Position numbers and translations under genes: made by a program. A stretch of 58,125 bases of DNA, counting the filler, from Sphacelaria rigidula (lineage: Eukaryota), in NCBI GenBank assembly GCA_964200075.2. It is 7 parts of 7 records of this genome, joined end to end, with 100 filler letters (N's around TTAATTAATTAA, not from the genome) between each part and the next. Parts side by side here need not be neighbours in the genome. Positions count along the whole stretch, not along the records: positions 33,274 to 41,491 come from CAXNAA020011880.1; positions 41,592 to 49,808 come from CAXNAA020011881.1; 5 more parts are not named here. One strand, written 5' to 3'. Position 1 is the first letter of the stretch, and each line of letters begins with the position of its first letter. The notes under the pieces are model-generated. The model was not told the DNA's origin, ran no database searches, and saw nothing but the letters and a program-made list of their open reading frames with translations. Shown here piece after piece: positions 33,534-47,751 of the stretch.

Positions 33534-36500
33534 TTTTCCCTAGCTCTCGTGACCTGCGCAGTCCATGTTTCGGCCCCGAAGCGCACCTCCTGAAGGGCCT
33601 CTACTAGTGCGTATTCTCCTTCCAGTTCGAATCGTCGCCTGTGACTCAGCAGCAAGCGTATGGCAGCGAAGAAGGCCTTCATCGTAACGATATCCACCTT
33701 GATACATTATTCAACTCTTTTGGCGCTATGTACGTCGCGTATGAATCACGCTGGGGCTCACGAATATTCAGTCGACAATGAAAGATCTGGTGCAAAGAAA
33801 ACGCTCCCTGGTGCTTGCCTGTCCGGGGCGGCTGATCACGGCTCCAAGTAAAAGTGTCTGTGACATGTGTCCGGAGATATGTGCACACGTGGTCATCACA
33901 AATATGTCGACTTCATGCTCCCCTAGCTTTAGAGTCGGCGAAAAAACGATCTCAAACGTCGCCACATCAAGGATATATCAGCGCCCCTACCTCATTTCCC
34001 ACTCTCCCTGGTAGCTGGGATGACCGGCTTCGCACAGACCTTGGACGGTGTAGAGAATATCCGTCATAACCTGATGGACGTATATCCCCAATCGCATCAC
34101 GAGGGCACCAAGCTTCAGATAGAATATACTGCACACCATCGCGACGAAAATGACTCAGGTTTAAGAGTATCGTTCGCCTATTGACATGGACCGTGGTTCC
34201 AACTCTTGTGATAATATTCAGAAATTATTAACGGCAGAAGTCATCGAGATCATGCTGTACGACTGCGTGATCTCCATGCTCTCGGTCAATTTTTCCCGCA
34301 CGTTTCAGCGAGCCCACCGCGGGTTCCCGCTGAGATGACTCAATCAGCATACCTCATCCCGCAGCGCTCCCGACTACCACAAGCTGTCGTACCACGAGGT
34401 CCTCGAAAGGACTGGCTGCAATTGCATCGAGGCTACTGTGACGGGACAAATCTTACTATTCGCTGACCACGTTGCGCGCATGCGCGAGCAACACCCCCTC
34501 AACATCGTCATGAGTGAAGAAATGGCCGGAGGGAAGAGGAAGAACGGTCGACCCGCGGAATGCATTCGACACCATGTCACTGGGTACTTCTCTGACGTCG
34601 GAAAGGACGAGACGTCATGAACCCAGATCGCCCGACATGTTTCCGGGTGGTACCAGATCATAAAGGGACTAAAAGGAATTTACGAATTTACAAGGGACCT
34701 CGGGAGATACGGGTAACATCTACACGACAAACTAGACCACCACGCGAGTAAACGCGATCAGCGCCCGCCATGCAAATAAACCATTTGCCTTGTTACCAAC
34801 GTAGGTTCCTGTGTATTGAAGGTCGCCGAAATGTAACAAGTAGCCCACTGGCAGCGTGCTCGCTGGTGTGTCTGCCGTCTCCCTCAAACCTTTGTTGCTT
34901 CTCTGCGTGGGTACCTGAGGATGTTGTTTAGCTCTCACTTGGTGATCAAAATAATGCTCTCCTGCCGTGTGCTTCTTGTTGCCCTACTTGCAACAACATC
35001 TCTCGAGTTCCTTGACTTTGTTGGAGGATCTGACTTGTTCTTTTTAATCACACGGTGACCAACTCGGGGGGAGGTTTCTCTCTTCTGTTTTCTTGACGTC
35101 TCTCTGTTGTTGCCCCATCTTGCTTTGTTTTGGAGTCTCAGAAGACGCCCCTCATTGAATACTTCTATCTCATGTACGGAATAGTGGTGGAAGTACTGGA
35201 AAGACGAGCCTAAATCTATGACCTCGGATTTGAGAGATCAGGCTAACGCGTGGGAAATTGACAAGAAAAGGTAAGGGAAATGTTACAGAAAGTCAGGTCT
35301 CATCGTACAACTTTATACCTGCAGTTGAGTATTCAAGCCTTCCACGGCAGCTTGCACACCGTGCCCCCGATCTTTCTTCCAGCGAATCTCTTCACTCGGG
35401 GGTACCTCCATAATAGCCAGTCGGGCGCGTAGCCCTAGCAACTCCTCTTTGGTCTTCGTGCTGAAGAGTTCATCCGATTCACCCCCCGCCAGAAGATCAA
35501 GTGAGAGAGAGAACGACAGTTGACCGTAGCGACCACCGCCACAATATCCTTGGGAAGATCCTATGGCGGGAGATTCCCCAGCACGAATTACAAATGTTCC
35601 GCGATCCAGGATATTCCCAAGAAGTCGCAGGGCTTGGATGCCCGGAGATACTGTTTGTTTCACGAACAGCTGAGAAAGTGGGTAAAAGAACGCGCCCAGC
35701 ATTTACAGCGACGAACGTACCCATGAGTAGAGTACCTCAACCTCTTAGCAACTAACGCCCTACATAACGAGTCGTGTGTGAAGGCGGGTTAAACAGAGGC
35801 ATCCGCACGAAGAAGGTAAGCAATTTCCCGAAGAAACGAGCATGTGAATTCTAGTATGCGTATTTCGGCACACAGTATGAGTCCAAGCATAGGGGGCATG
35901 AACACTAACGATAAACATTTGAACACGCATACTTTTTCTGCGATTGCTTTAGGGCTTAAAGGGTTAAGTAAGCTGTGAGTGAGTTATCGATCCACGATGA
36001 CACGAATTCGATCCAATAGGAAACCGCAAGGTGACAGCTTGCGGTGTGTGATGCCCAGTCGTTTCGAATTATGTAGTGCTGACTGCCTTAAGCAAAAACT
36101 ACTAAGGCGAGGAGCTCGTTGTATGCCGACGATTTCCTCAATCCTACTGAGCGACGCTCTGCCCTACATTGCGATAACAACAACCGCACCATGCAGAGGC
36201 AAAGCCTCATGCGCAAGTAATAGGTTGTGGTATCGCCCTCAGTGTTCCTTACCGAGCAAACTATAATCCAATTCTCGGATGCCTCCGATACTGGTGAAGC
36301 CGTAAAAATTCTGTCTATTCTAACTCTAGTGTGAGCTGGACCCGTCGATATATCCGGTCGTTTGAACTGCACGGGTGTTTTAACCTACTGAGCGCTCTGA
36401 GGAAGCGCTGTGGAAGACGCACAACTCAGTATTCCTCTGGGAAATGCTTCCTTGTAGAGAACGGTTGTGTGTAGTGTTGTCTCTTGTGAGAGAATGCACT

Positions 36501-39500
36501 TTCGCGTTAGATATAACATTTGGAACTAGCATGCGGTAAAAGTAAAGTACATGCAATCGAAGTACATCGATTGTGTGGTGAGCAGAGTACTGAGTCACGA
36601 TGTTAACAGACTATGCACCTTAAATTAGGGCTGAAGATCGGTGCGGCATCAAACCGTGAAAAACGACACGCAGTTGTAAATTTTGAGTCCCACATCAAGT
36701 TCTCACCTCCACCAAACCTCTAAATCTGCCGATCACATTGGCAACATGCCAAACCGGACTTCCCTCTTTCTCGGCCGTCGAAGAGCTAAGACCCTCAGCC
36801 TCCAGTGTATCGCTGTGGTCATACTCTGCCAGTTCCACCGTGGAAAATGCACTCAAGAGCTCACCCAGGCCATTGAACGGTTTATCGGGAAACAACACCA
36901 TGCTCAGCCTGTGATCCCCGTCAAGCACCGTCGAAGATTGAGCGAGGCCAGATAGAGGTCTGATGCAGTCCACAGATTGATGCATCGCGGTACACGAGCT
37001 CTAGAAAAACTCCAACACAACACACAGCACTACATGACAAATCGTAGACGAAACGACATGTATGTCTTGTCTCCCCTACCCCTCCCCAACGAAATCCCAA
37101 ACTCTCTTTAATGCTTTCCCGGTAACCAGATGGAACTTGCCTCTCACGGATCTCAACGAGCGAAGCGATGGACGAAAGAAGTCCGGGGTCGTCCGTGCAG
37201 GATCGACATACTTCTAGCGACTCCTTGAAGTTTTTGTCCCGCGGATGCTGCGGGACGGTGCCATCGATCATTGGGGACGCACGTGTTGCCCATGACATAT
37301 AGATGCGTATCTTTCAAACAAACCTTTTGACTAAACAGAAATTGCAAGAGATGTGCGCGATCAAAGCATCGAAAGATGTCGATCAACGAAAAGTTCGCAA
37401 AGTTCACAATTCGCCGCCCTGTGTGTGTGTGTGTGTGTGTGTGTGTCGTTTTTTTAATATTTTTAGGGCATTGTTCGGAAGTACCATCACGGCCGTATCT
37501 TACACGAATACAGTTTAGCACATTTATTATCTTATAAATGGCGGTGGGTCGTGAGCAAGGGATTTCAAACCTACATAAGAAGACATTCCTGGTGGCATCG
37601 CCATCCATAGAATGACTCGACACGTGCCATAAAATCGACAAAACACTGTTTAGCCTGCTGGCACAGCGAAATGAAACGCCAGCCTCGGGCAAGTATGCTC
37701 AAAGCCCAACTATACCTCAGGCAGCATACCTGAACCAGCCACCCGACCAGAGCAGGAGATTCTGAGAGCTTCTGCAGCATGCGTATGTGCATCCGAGAGA
37801 GATGAAGTGGCACACTTTTGCCCGTCGGACGCGAAAACGCAACCTCAAGCCCGCTCAGCACTCCACTTCCGACGCCTGTACACTTGGACTCAGGATCTCC
37901 ACCCCCCTTGCCCAGTAGGCCGTCGCTCCTTCCCCATGTTGTCACCCGTTTCCACGCTCGGGCGGCGTCGAGCAACGAATATTTCGCTTGGTTCATCCTC
38001 AAGTCTTCCACGATATTCTGGAGTTCCGCTCGGGTGGCGTCGTCCTCGGGCGCTGTTGCGAAAATCCGAGTCAGCGAAGAACCCGACGGCAGATCAGTCC
38101 GATGGCCTCCTTTTACCACCTTTACTCCGTCCTCGATCGATGCGGAAGTCGTTCCCGACTGTTCGGGCTGTGGACTGTTGTTCGTCGGGGCTGTACTGTG
38201 GCTCGTCGGGCCTGACTCGTTCGCCGTTTTCGAGGTTATGGCATCCAGACCTTCGCCTCTCAGAATATTCGCCGGCGCGCTACTGGCAGTGTGAAGCACG
38301 TCCTGGGCTTGCAGCAGTGCCGGTATAGCGCCCATGCACCACTCCACGGAAGCATGCGCTGCCAGAGCCTCCAAAATCTGTTGCTGATGCTGCCGAAAAA
38401 CGGTAGCTGCTGCTGGTGAGCCAGCCGTGGCTACTTCTTTCGTGGTAGGAGAGCTAAGCATTAGCTGAACCTCTGCGGCCCTTTGCTGCGTGGAGAGGCC
38501 CTCGCCAAGCCATTTCCACGCTTCATGAGCAGAGATGTTGCGAGCCGATATCCTGTCACGGAGGTCATTCCATGCTGCTCGTGCACCCGGAATGACGTGG
38601 CGCAGGACAGCCGAAAGTGGAAGTGCTATATCGGGCGTCGCTTCCCGGCTAGCAGCGCTACCACGTTTTTTATCCGCCCTTCTCGGTGCACTTCCATCGC
38701 TGTATTCCCCGTTGGCTTCTTCACCTTTCCTTCTGTCCCCTTCTCTGCCATTTCGCTGAGATTCCTCAGCTTTTTTTACAAGCGCTTTTTCGACCACTGG
38801 GACAGCGCGCGGTCGTATGAGATCCTTTCGTTCGACCACTACGTGATGGGTGTCCTCGTCGTAAGCGTTTCCCTTGCTGTTGGCAACGATTTTGATATTT
38901 TCAACCCGAAGTTCATTATCCTTACCATCGGAATCGTAAGAATCACAACCGCTGTCATCTGGGAGTCCATCGTCCTCACAATTAGACGTATCAACATCGC
39001 AGTCGCTCCTATCATCCTCATGAAGATTGCCAAGCGCCGGGGAATCCTCAAGGACCAACTTCAACGTCCCTGTTGAAATGTCTGCTCGAATGTACTCCGA
39101 GACGAAGAAACCTTGCCTTTCCTGCGCCATCACTTCTCGGCGTCGATATACTCGGCATTGATCGCCAGACACCATCGTGTCGTCGGCATCATCAAGGATG
39201 CGCTCTGATTGAAAGTTTAGCCGCAACGCAGCTGCAGTCTTTACCCAGATACGGAGGAAGACGGCACTTCGTTCGAGGGTGAGGAGTAGATCGAGCGTCA
39301 CCTCAGCAGCCTCGTCGTGATCAACATTCAGCGCTCGCTGCAAGACGAACGACTGCGAAAGGTGTTTCGACTTCAGAGTCCCGTTCTTGAGCTCTTGGCG
39401 TGATAGAGCGGCCGCAGTTCTGCGCGGGTTAGTACGAAGGTAAAGAGATGCTGGTAAAGGGCACAGGGCGGCGGGCCGGCCCGGGTGAGGCCACGTGTGT

Positions 39501-41036
39501 GTTGTTGTGTGTTGTCGTCCCTTCTATTCTGGATGCCGGTCTATACATTTCGGTATATGTGGCGCATCAGCCAGGGTCACATAGGAGGAAGGTCAACACA
39601 GGAGCTTTCGCTGTTTTATTGTTTTTAGTACCTCACCTTCCTTCTGCGGTGCTTGCCTTTATTGTTTATCGCGAGAGGGGTTCAGCGGTCCCTTTCCCTC
39701 GTCGGCTGTTAAGTCGAATTTTGTGTACCCACGACATAGTCGCTCTCCACTTTTGGGCATGGTGTGGGGAAAAGCGCAGATCGCTCCGAGAATTGAATCC
39801 ACGACCCAATCGTCAAAGGGTTTTGAGCCACCGGGGCGACCGTAGAACTCGCAATATATACGTGATGGAATAGGTTTTGTTTTGGCAGTTCACTGTGTTT
39901 GAAAATGAAGTACGAACGCAGCGAGTAGGTCACCTTTCTCGACGAAGGTTGAACACACTGATCAACTATACGGAGGATCATCTCTCTGGGGACGGTGAGG
40001 TGCCTAGATGTTAGGTAAATACGCCCAGCTCCGACACTTTCTACGATAGCCCCCCTCCCCAAAAGAGTGCGTGGTTTTGGGAGGCAAAATGTTCACGTAA
40101 ATCGAAATGGAAAAACCGAGCACAACGAGCAGCTGGGAATTCCCACGCTTGGGCTCGTTCTCGCCAATGTTGTCAAGATGAGGCGCTTCATGCAGTCTGA
40201 ACCCAAACATCAGGCGCTGTATGACCATTTGTTTCGTGACACTTTTGGGCTGGTGTTGGGCAGGTGCTATCGTAGAAAGTGTCCTCCGCGTGGACATTCA
40301 TGACCACTCCGCATGCTCGAAACCTTCTAATCATCCAGCATATCAAACCGTGAAGAGTATAACAAAATTCGTGGTCGGTACTACTGACATCGCGGGTAAA
40401 GCTTGTGGTCGGACTCATGGAAGAGAGGTGATGACGGTACAACCAAAAGCGACTAAACAGCAACACGGAGCGAAAAAGACTTCCATTTGCGTTTTTACCT
40501 CTCTCAGTGCGATGCCTTTTTACCGCTGCACCAGCTGTGGACCACGTGTTACTACCCACACTTGCCCCACCGTCAAGTGGCGGGATCATGTGAAGGTCCC
40601 CTTGAGATTCTATGAGATACCAATACCTACGCAAGGATCATTGTCTATTGTCATCCATGCACGAATTTCTGTGTAACACGGCGAGAAGCAGGATCATCCT
40701 ATAAACTCGTTAGTTCAAATATCGTTTAAAGCATGCGCTTTTAGGATCGGGCTAGCCTTCATTTGCAAATCGTATTCCGACGACCTTACAAACTACAGTA
40801 CGCGAATTCCACCCAAGGACTTACGCCAGGTGGGCTCCGTCGACACCAATGGCGGGGCAGTAGGTGGACGCCAACACGTCCACCCGGTCCAGTACGCGTG
40901 AAAAATCTTTGAGGTCGACGATATAGGCGTCCAGCTTGCTGCGGAGCATCGTATTTTTCGCTTCTTGATCGGACTCGTTGCGCGCAGCATTGCGGGTGCC
41001 GCTCAGGTTGACGATACCGCCCGCCTGCATCTTCAG
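33534..41036 (-). CDS. Internal part of a very large RNF213/mysterin-like protein: exons 41036-40825, 40626-40499, 39450-37730, 37247-37141, 36908-36707, 35669-35319, 34070-33991, 33638-33534
   Basis: All eight exons join in phase into one open frame of about 970 codons. Ordered motifs EELLGLRARLAIM, ILYTVQGLCEAGHPSYQGEW and W.AQV..AREK resemble the RNF213 region just before the first AAA module. The gene model is strong; the family call is moderate. Confidence 0.7.
34150..34660 (+). mobile_element. Decayed 3' fragment of an RTE-type LINE inside an intron
   Basis: Remnants LLTAEVIEIMLYDCV and LSYHEVLERTGCNCIEATV...LLFADHVARM...G.R..GRP parallel the translation of 46209-46676. Confidence 0.75.
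39495..39842 (-). mobile_element. tRNA-derived SINE, near full length
   Basis: Head CGGTCGCCCCGGTGGCTCA...GTGGATTCAATTCTC is shared with 33274-33344. It ends in a CA/CAA-rich tail. Confidence 0.65.
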
Positions 41037-41429
41037 CTGCGGGGAAGGATGCAGCACGAGAGGAAATTCGCGGAGAGAGACGCGCAGATCTGGACGGAAG
41101 TCTTCATATATTGAGGCAAGTCCAGGAGCTGGTAAGGGATAACCTGACTACAACCTTGTGAACCTCTGGTTGAGCAAGTTGGCAGCGTGTGGGTGGTTCA
41201 TGGCCGGCCCTGCGTATTGCCCATTTGGCGGAATAAGCATACAAAAGTCTTGGCTGGGGGAAGAAAGACGACATCGGGAGGAAGCCACAGGAATCATCAC
41301 GCGACGTCAGTTTTTCATCACTATAGTCGAAAAAACGCACATCAAGAATCGGCACATCGTACGAAATCCTTTCCTCGCAAGCCACAAGATCAAGTTCGTA
41401 CGCAAGCATCGGTGGCGTGGAGTACCATT

Positions 41430-41491
41430 GAGTGATGCTACGGTAGGGGTACAGAAATAATTTCTGAGGTTAGAATTGTTAGGAGCCCTTT
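41430..41491 (+). mobile_element. Left end of the same MITE family as 56210-56465 (truncated)
   Basis: GAGTGATGCTACGGTAGGGGT...GGTTAGAATTGTTAGGAGCCCTTT is nearly identical to 56210-56271. Confidence 0.85.
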
Positions 41492-41591
41492 NNNNNNNNN
41501 NNNNNNNNNNNNNNNNNNNNNNNNNNNNNNNNNNNTTAATTAATTAANNNNNNNNNNNNNNNNNNNNNNNNNNNNNNNNNNNNNNNNNNNN
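41492..41591. other. Artificial contig linker
   Basis: Same N44-TTAATTAATTAA-N44 structure. Confidence 0.98.
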
Positions 41592-44361
41592 GCGATCCGA
41601 GGCGGGGCGGTGTACGCATGAACATGCAGGCCATAGTCATAAGACCATTGACCTCGCACCCCTACACAGCCGGGACGGAGCACGCCGGGTTTTCGCCGGA
41701 CCAGGCTGGGGGAGGGGGGGGGGAAGGGGAGCGGGGTGCTGGAAGCGCGCCGGTGGAAATATGTTCGCCTTGTCATGTTCCACGATACTAGTCAATGTTC
41801 CGCGGATCCGGGTGGGGGGGCGTACTCATTTGTTGCTTGCCTTAGTCGTTTGACCATTGACCACGCATCCCATTCGAGATGGAGCATCCGGGTGGGGGGG
41901 AGGGTATTACAGGAAGCGCACTGAGGGTTAAAATATATTCGCCAGGTCACGTTCCACGATGTTGTAGCTTGTTCCGAATGTCGGGAGGGGGAGCAGGAGG
42001 GTTGCTGGAAGTCTTGGATTGCCAAGAATAGCCGGATAGCCGCAAGATGCAGAGCACTGCGAATACCGGAGGTAATCATGAACCTTTTACTTCACGCTTA
42101 TCGTGCAGTCGGCAAAGGTAGGAAGGGGTACGTTCGGCGGCAGGGTCGGGTTGAGATCAGCGGCAATGAGGGGTAGGAGGGGGGGGGGGTTGCTGTCGCC
42201 CGCGTTGCTCTGATGGCGTCGGCTGAAATCTGGGTTCTTGGGGCATTGTGGCGAAGCTGGATTTTAGTGTGACCATAGGTTGTGGCGACGCATGTCTGAT
42301 GCCGTCGCTACCGATGCTCTGAAACTAGCGCCCATCGGTCAGTTTCAGTTTGGGTTCTTCCGAAGCTGTGGCTATGCTGTAGCTCAGTGGATGCAAAAAA
42401 CGCAGCGCGTGTTGTAGTGGCGTTTTGGTGCGGCGTATTACAGTATCGCGCGCATGTTGTCGTTACTCCGTGAAGAAAATGGTTTTGTACTGTGTGCATA
42501 TCTGCTTATCGATATGCATATCTATAATTCCTCATTTTCTCCATTTTTGCCTTGTGTTTAATTCGTCCGCTTGCTTGATATCATTATGCTGTTCTCGGCG
42601 AGTCATTCGTGGGGGGCGGGGAGGGGGGTTCTTGTTTGGTTTTTCGTCTGTGGCATCTAATCGCGATTTTTGTGTGCTCGTACATCTCCGTTCTGGTGGT
42701 ACATGTTGTGTATGTGAACACACCCGGCTCCTCTTCTCATCATCTCAATGGGTGTTCTCACTTGAGTATACTGTTTGATTTCAGTGACACGCTAGCAACG
42801 GCGTATTGTGCAATACTCCATTGTTCGTTCGCGCAAGACACCGCGCGATGCTATATATATATATATATATTCAAGAGTATATACTAAAAAGGTTTTCATT
42901 CACCCAGTCTCTGTACAGCAGTATTTCACACCCCGGATAACGACCACAGATAACATCGTCGAAAAGTGCACTGCGTACAGTCTGGAATCTAATGTCCATT
43001 GTAATAGACGCCATAATCGATACTATACGCAGTACATTTTCTGCCAACGTAGTCCATTGTCGAGGGTGTACAGTAATTTTTGTCTGTCGTGCGTACAACA
43101 GGTGTGTGTGTGTGTGTGTTTTTTTTTCTGTTTCAAATCTGAGTTCAGTGTCGTGTTGCTGAAGGTGTGGACCGCCGTGAAGGTGGTGGTAGTAGTGCCA
43201 GTCAGGCTTTCGTGGTGGTTGTAGCAGGCGTTAGTGAGTTATTCCCCGAGTTTTTGTACTTCGAGCAGCTGAGTTTTTAGTGGAGTATTTTCTCTGAAGT
43301 AGCGCGGGATGTGAAGGTGAACCTCGTCATGGTCGTTGTTTCCGGATTTTTCGCTTGGCGATACATTGAGGCTGCATTGCAGTTTCATTGAAGTTGAGGC
43401 CGACCACTTTAATCGGGTGTCAATACGGAGTGAATAACATCATACCCTTCAACCGGGATTGTGGGAAAATGGTATCTCTCGAAGGGATATGTTGGATTAT
43501 TTGATGGTGCTCGGATTTGGGGGGAGATAATACCCCTCTGAGGCACCTTGGAGAGGTACCATTTTCCCCACATCCGAAGGCCATCGAAAAACTTCGTCCT
43601 TATGAAGAACATCCGTTCCCATTCTTCAGAACATCTGGTAAAATGGTGTAGACCGTGGATCTCTACATTATTCATGTAATTGTATTGTTGAGCTTGTCCA
43701 GGGTTGAGCGCAAACAAGTGATTCAACCAGGGAATACTCCTGAGGCTGACTGTCTTGGCGAAAATCACTTCTTCCCTATCTCACTGCACTCCATACGCAA
43801 TTATTCTATAATAGGCCGAATCACGAAGCTGACTTCAGCCGAAACGACTGGTTTCTGCCACGTATTGTATCGCGTCCCGGATTATCTCCTCTCCATACAG
43901 GATGAGAGTTAAGGGTCAAGTACGAAAGCAGTAAAACGAACCACTATTCAGAGTGCATCATCTTGAGGGCGGTGAGGTCATGATCCAGTACATTTTTGTG
44001 CGAGAAAATAACGCGTCACGCGTGTGTGTAGAAATAAATGCCAATGCGTTGATTTGTTGATTGTTGCATTTATGTTGTGAACTGTTCAACGATAATAGCA
44101 CGAGATTGTTGAATTTGCTGATGGATTTGTTTTGCACGATAAATAAGCCTTGGGAGCCTTCATAACCATCCAAATGTTCAACACAAAAATTTGAGTGCAT
44201 TCTGCGGTCGTGATGTGTGGCCTCGTTCATAATCGCTGAAGATACATCGGCAATTTACAGTATCCCCCGTGTTTATTCCGAACGATGTCGACGTCCGTTG
44301 CTTCTCGTGCAAAACATTCGTCCCCATTGTATAGAAACTCGTGTTGAGGCACACCGAGGCA

Positions 44362-46940
44362 GAATACGAACGTAGTCGTGCACCCCCAACCCGCACCCCC
44401 GGCTAAAGCTGACTCGGATCACAACATGATGGTGGCCACTGTCGACCTCGGTGGCCGCCTTGCCCACAACCGCCAAGTACGCACCAAATCGAAGCAGCGG
44501 CAATTCAGTCGACAGCAGCTGCAGACCGAAATGGCACGGTGGCACGTGACCGAGAGGATCCTACATAACCTCGGCGAGCAAAAATACCAGCCAACCACCA
44601 CCGCACCGGCGGCCGCGATGGAGTTTACCGAAGCTATCCTCGAAGCAGCGCAGACAGTACTCCCGGAAGAGGCACGGATACCACGCATGCCGGAATGGTG
44701 CGAAAACCCCCACACGAGAGCAACACTGGAGGCAGCGCTTGCTAATCGACGGGAGGCACGCCGACTGATGAAGGATCACCGGACCCCAGCATTGTGTAAA
44801 GCACTCAGAGCCGCGTGTAAGAGCGGACGTACAGCAAAAGACGACGGCACCGATGCACATCTGAAGAGGTATGTGACGAGGCTAGAAGCAACCTACAAGG
44901 ATCGCGATATCAGAGGCCTGTACAAACACCTCAAGAGATCGGTGGGTCTTGATGTAAGGCAATCCGGGGGACAGCAGTCCATAAAGGATGAGAACGGCGT
45001 CCTACTGAGGACCAAAATTGCCATCCTTGAACGGTGGGTGAGGTTCTTCCACACCCTGCTCAACGCCAAACCGCCCACGCTGAACCCAGTCATCATCGAG
45101 GAGATAAAGCAGCGACCGGTAGCTTCAACCACCGGTGATTCGGTACCGCTTGGGGCAGCGCCAACACTGGAGGAAACCAGACGAGCAGTCCGAGGGATAC
45201 AAAACTGGAAAGCGCCAGGGCATGGCTCCCTTCCTTTGAAGCTACTTAAGATCGACGGCTGGGCCGAACTCATCGTCCTCGACGCTTCCATACCATTCTC
45301 GTCGAGGTGTGGAACGGAGGGGAGGTCCCGCAGAGTGGAGAGACGCAACGATCAAGGTGCTGTACAAGCAATGGGACCGGTTGATCTGCAACAACTACAA
45401 CGGGATCTCTCTGGTATGACACGCAAAGAAAGTGCTCCTGAAGATACTGGCCACCTCAGCGACTATTGCGAAACGCACGGGATATTACCTGAGGAACAGT
45501 GCGGCTTCCGACCTGATCGTTCCACTGTCGACATGCTGTTGGTAGTGCGCCGACTCCAGGAGCTGGGACGGCGGCGGAGAATACCGCTGTACATGTGCTT
45601 CGTCGACCTCTAGAAGGTACATGACTCGGTCGACCGAGAGCTTCTGTGACAGGTACTGGCCCGAGCTAGTATCCCGGATGAGATGACTGCAGTTATCCGT
45701 CAATTCAACGACGGTATGCAGGTCTGCGTGCGCATGGACGACGGGGAGCTCTCGGAGTGGTTTGAAGTCACACAGGGACTGCGACAAGGATGTGTGCTGT
45801 CTCCCCTGCTGTTTAAATCCCTCTTCGCGGTAGTACTCGAGATAGTCCTCGTGCGATTCAGCGAGGACGATATCATCATCAAGGACATGGCATATCTCGA
45901 TGAGGAGACGTTGAGGGGGGCGGAGACACCGCTGGAACGTGCACGGAGAGCGAGGTGGGGAATGCTGTATGCCGACGATGCCGGCGTCGTCTCGAGATCT
46001 CCCGACGGACTGGCGAGGATGATGACCATCATAGTGGACGTGTTTGAGGCCTTGGGACTGACCCTATCGGAGAAGAAAGCGGAGGCTCCCTTGATGCGCG
46101 TACCGAGGCAAGTACCGAAGAAGGGGGAGTCACCAACACCATCTCCAGAAACCGCTAATCATCGAAGCAGCGGGCCAGAAACATGCCCAGAAAACTAGTT
46201 TCCGATGCTTGGGCGGGCTCGTCAACGAAGACGGCGAACTCAAGCAAGAAATCAACAATCGGAGCAGAGCAGCGTGGGCGTGCATCGGAAAGTTCTCCCG
46301 GGGGCTCTTGGATCGACCGAAAGCACCGTGGAGACTCAAGGTCCGACTACTGCAAGCGGAGGCAATGAAGGTCCGACTATACGGATACATGACGTGGGCC
46401 CCGCGCCGCGAACACTGCGACTTGCTGAGAAAGGTACACTATCGGCTCCTCCTGCGAGTCATCGGGTACCGCCGGGTGCGCGGTACATACCGACAGCTTT
46501 CGCATGCACAGGCCCTCAAGAAAACCGGATGCCGAAGTTCCGAAGCCATCGTCCGGCAACGACGACTGCTATTCGCGGGAGTCCTAGCTAGACAACCAGA
46601 CAGACGACTATCGAAGCGAATAGCATTCGGAACACTAGTCGGGAGGGAGGACCCAGGACCAGGGTGCCCGGAATAAAACTGGCTGAAGTGCCTGAGGGAC
46701 GATCTCCACGCTTTCGAAGCCACAGGCGAGCCTACGGATGGCAACCGCCAGACATTTGGAAGTGACCGCGTCCTCTGGCCCTCAGCAGCGAATTCGAAGG
46801 GGGGGTTGCCGTGGCACGCGGGAGTGCTGCAGGGAGTGGAGAGGTTCAGACCTCATGGCACAGAAATGAAGAGGAGGCCAGCTGACAGCGTGCGATTGGA
46901 CGGGACACCAACGAAGCCAACACAACAATGAAGACGGTCC
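44362..46940 (+). mobile_element. 5'-truncated, inactivated RTE-type non-LTR retrotransposon (end of APE endonuclease plus RT)
   Basis: Motifs [54 protein letters not shown] and LYADD. In-frame stops (e.g. 45611-45613) and frameshifts are present. Confidence 0.93.
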
Positions 46941-47569
46941 AGAGAAGGGGTGGGTGGGGGGATTATGTGGGGTTTCGTTATGTCATGCGATGCTTGTCTT
47001 GATGTGCCTGGTATTCTTGTGCGTATGGCTGTACCTCTAGAGGTTGAAGGATGGAACCTTGCGATTCTTTGTTCTTCGGTTGGGGGTCTTTGGGCCTTGA
47101 GTTTCGCTCGTAGGCGGACCCTATGTTCATTTCTACTTGGCCTCGCCCGTCGAGTTGGAAAGTCAGGCGCCACTCCCTGAAGACCGAATGGCCACCGGCG
47201 GCACCGGATCTTTTGGGGTTAGCCACATTTCTTCTATTTCTTCTTTATTAAGCATTCCTGTTTTGCTTGTATCGCGTCTGGGAGCTTTTTTTCTGGCTCT
47301 CTTTTTCATTCATTTTTGTTCTATTTGATTTCCTTATACCTTATTATAGGTAGCTAGCCTGTGACAACGGAAGGCGTCCGCATCAGATGCCCAATACGAA
47401 TGTACCGCGCAAATATCGGAACGGTTTTTAATGTGAGGACAACAGCAACAACAACAACAACTCGGGAGTCTGCAAATTGCGAATGTGTTCGTTGTTTGAG
47501 GATGAGCGAGGCCACGCATGACTACTGGAGAGTGCATTTACACTTTTCTCTCACACATTTTGATGCCTA

Positions 47570-47751
47570 TAACACGGGGATTTTGCGAATTGCGCATGGG
47601 CTTTTTTTTCCGTGAGGATGAGCCTTGGGAACCTTCATATGCATCGCAATATATTTTCAAAAATGCAAAGGTACTCTCCGGCCGTGATGTATGGTCTCGC
47701 TCACCCTAGAAAACACACCCATTCATATGCAATTTGTAAAATCTCGTGTTA
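47570..47751. mobile_element. Short MITE-like element with imperfect inverted repeats of about 29 bp
   Basis: TAACACGGGGATTTTGCGAATTGCGCATG ... CATATGCAATTTGTAAAATCTCGTGTTA. Confidence 0.55.

Noticed and set aside
43100-44250. AT-richer minus-strand ORF fragments (119 and 90 aa)
   Set aside because: They may be a decayed TE or viral relic, but I found no motif or boundary to support a call.
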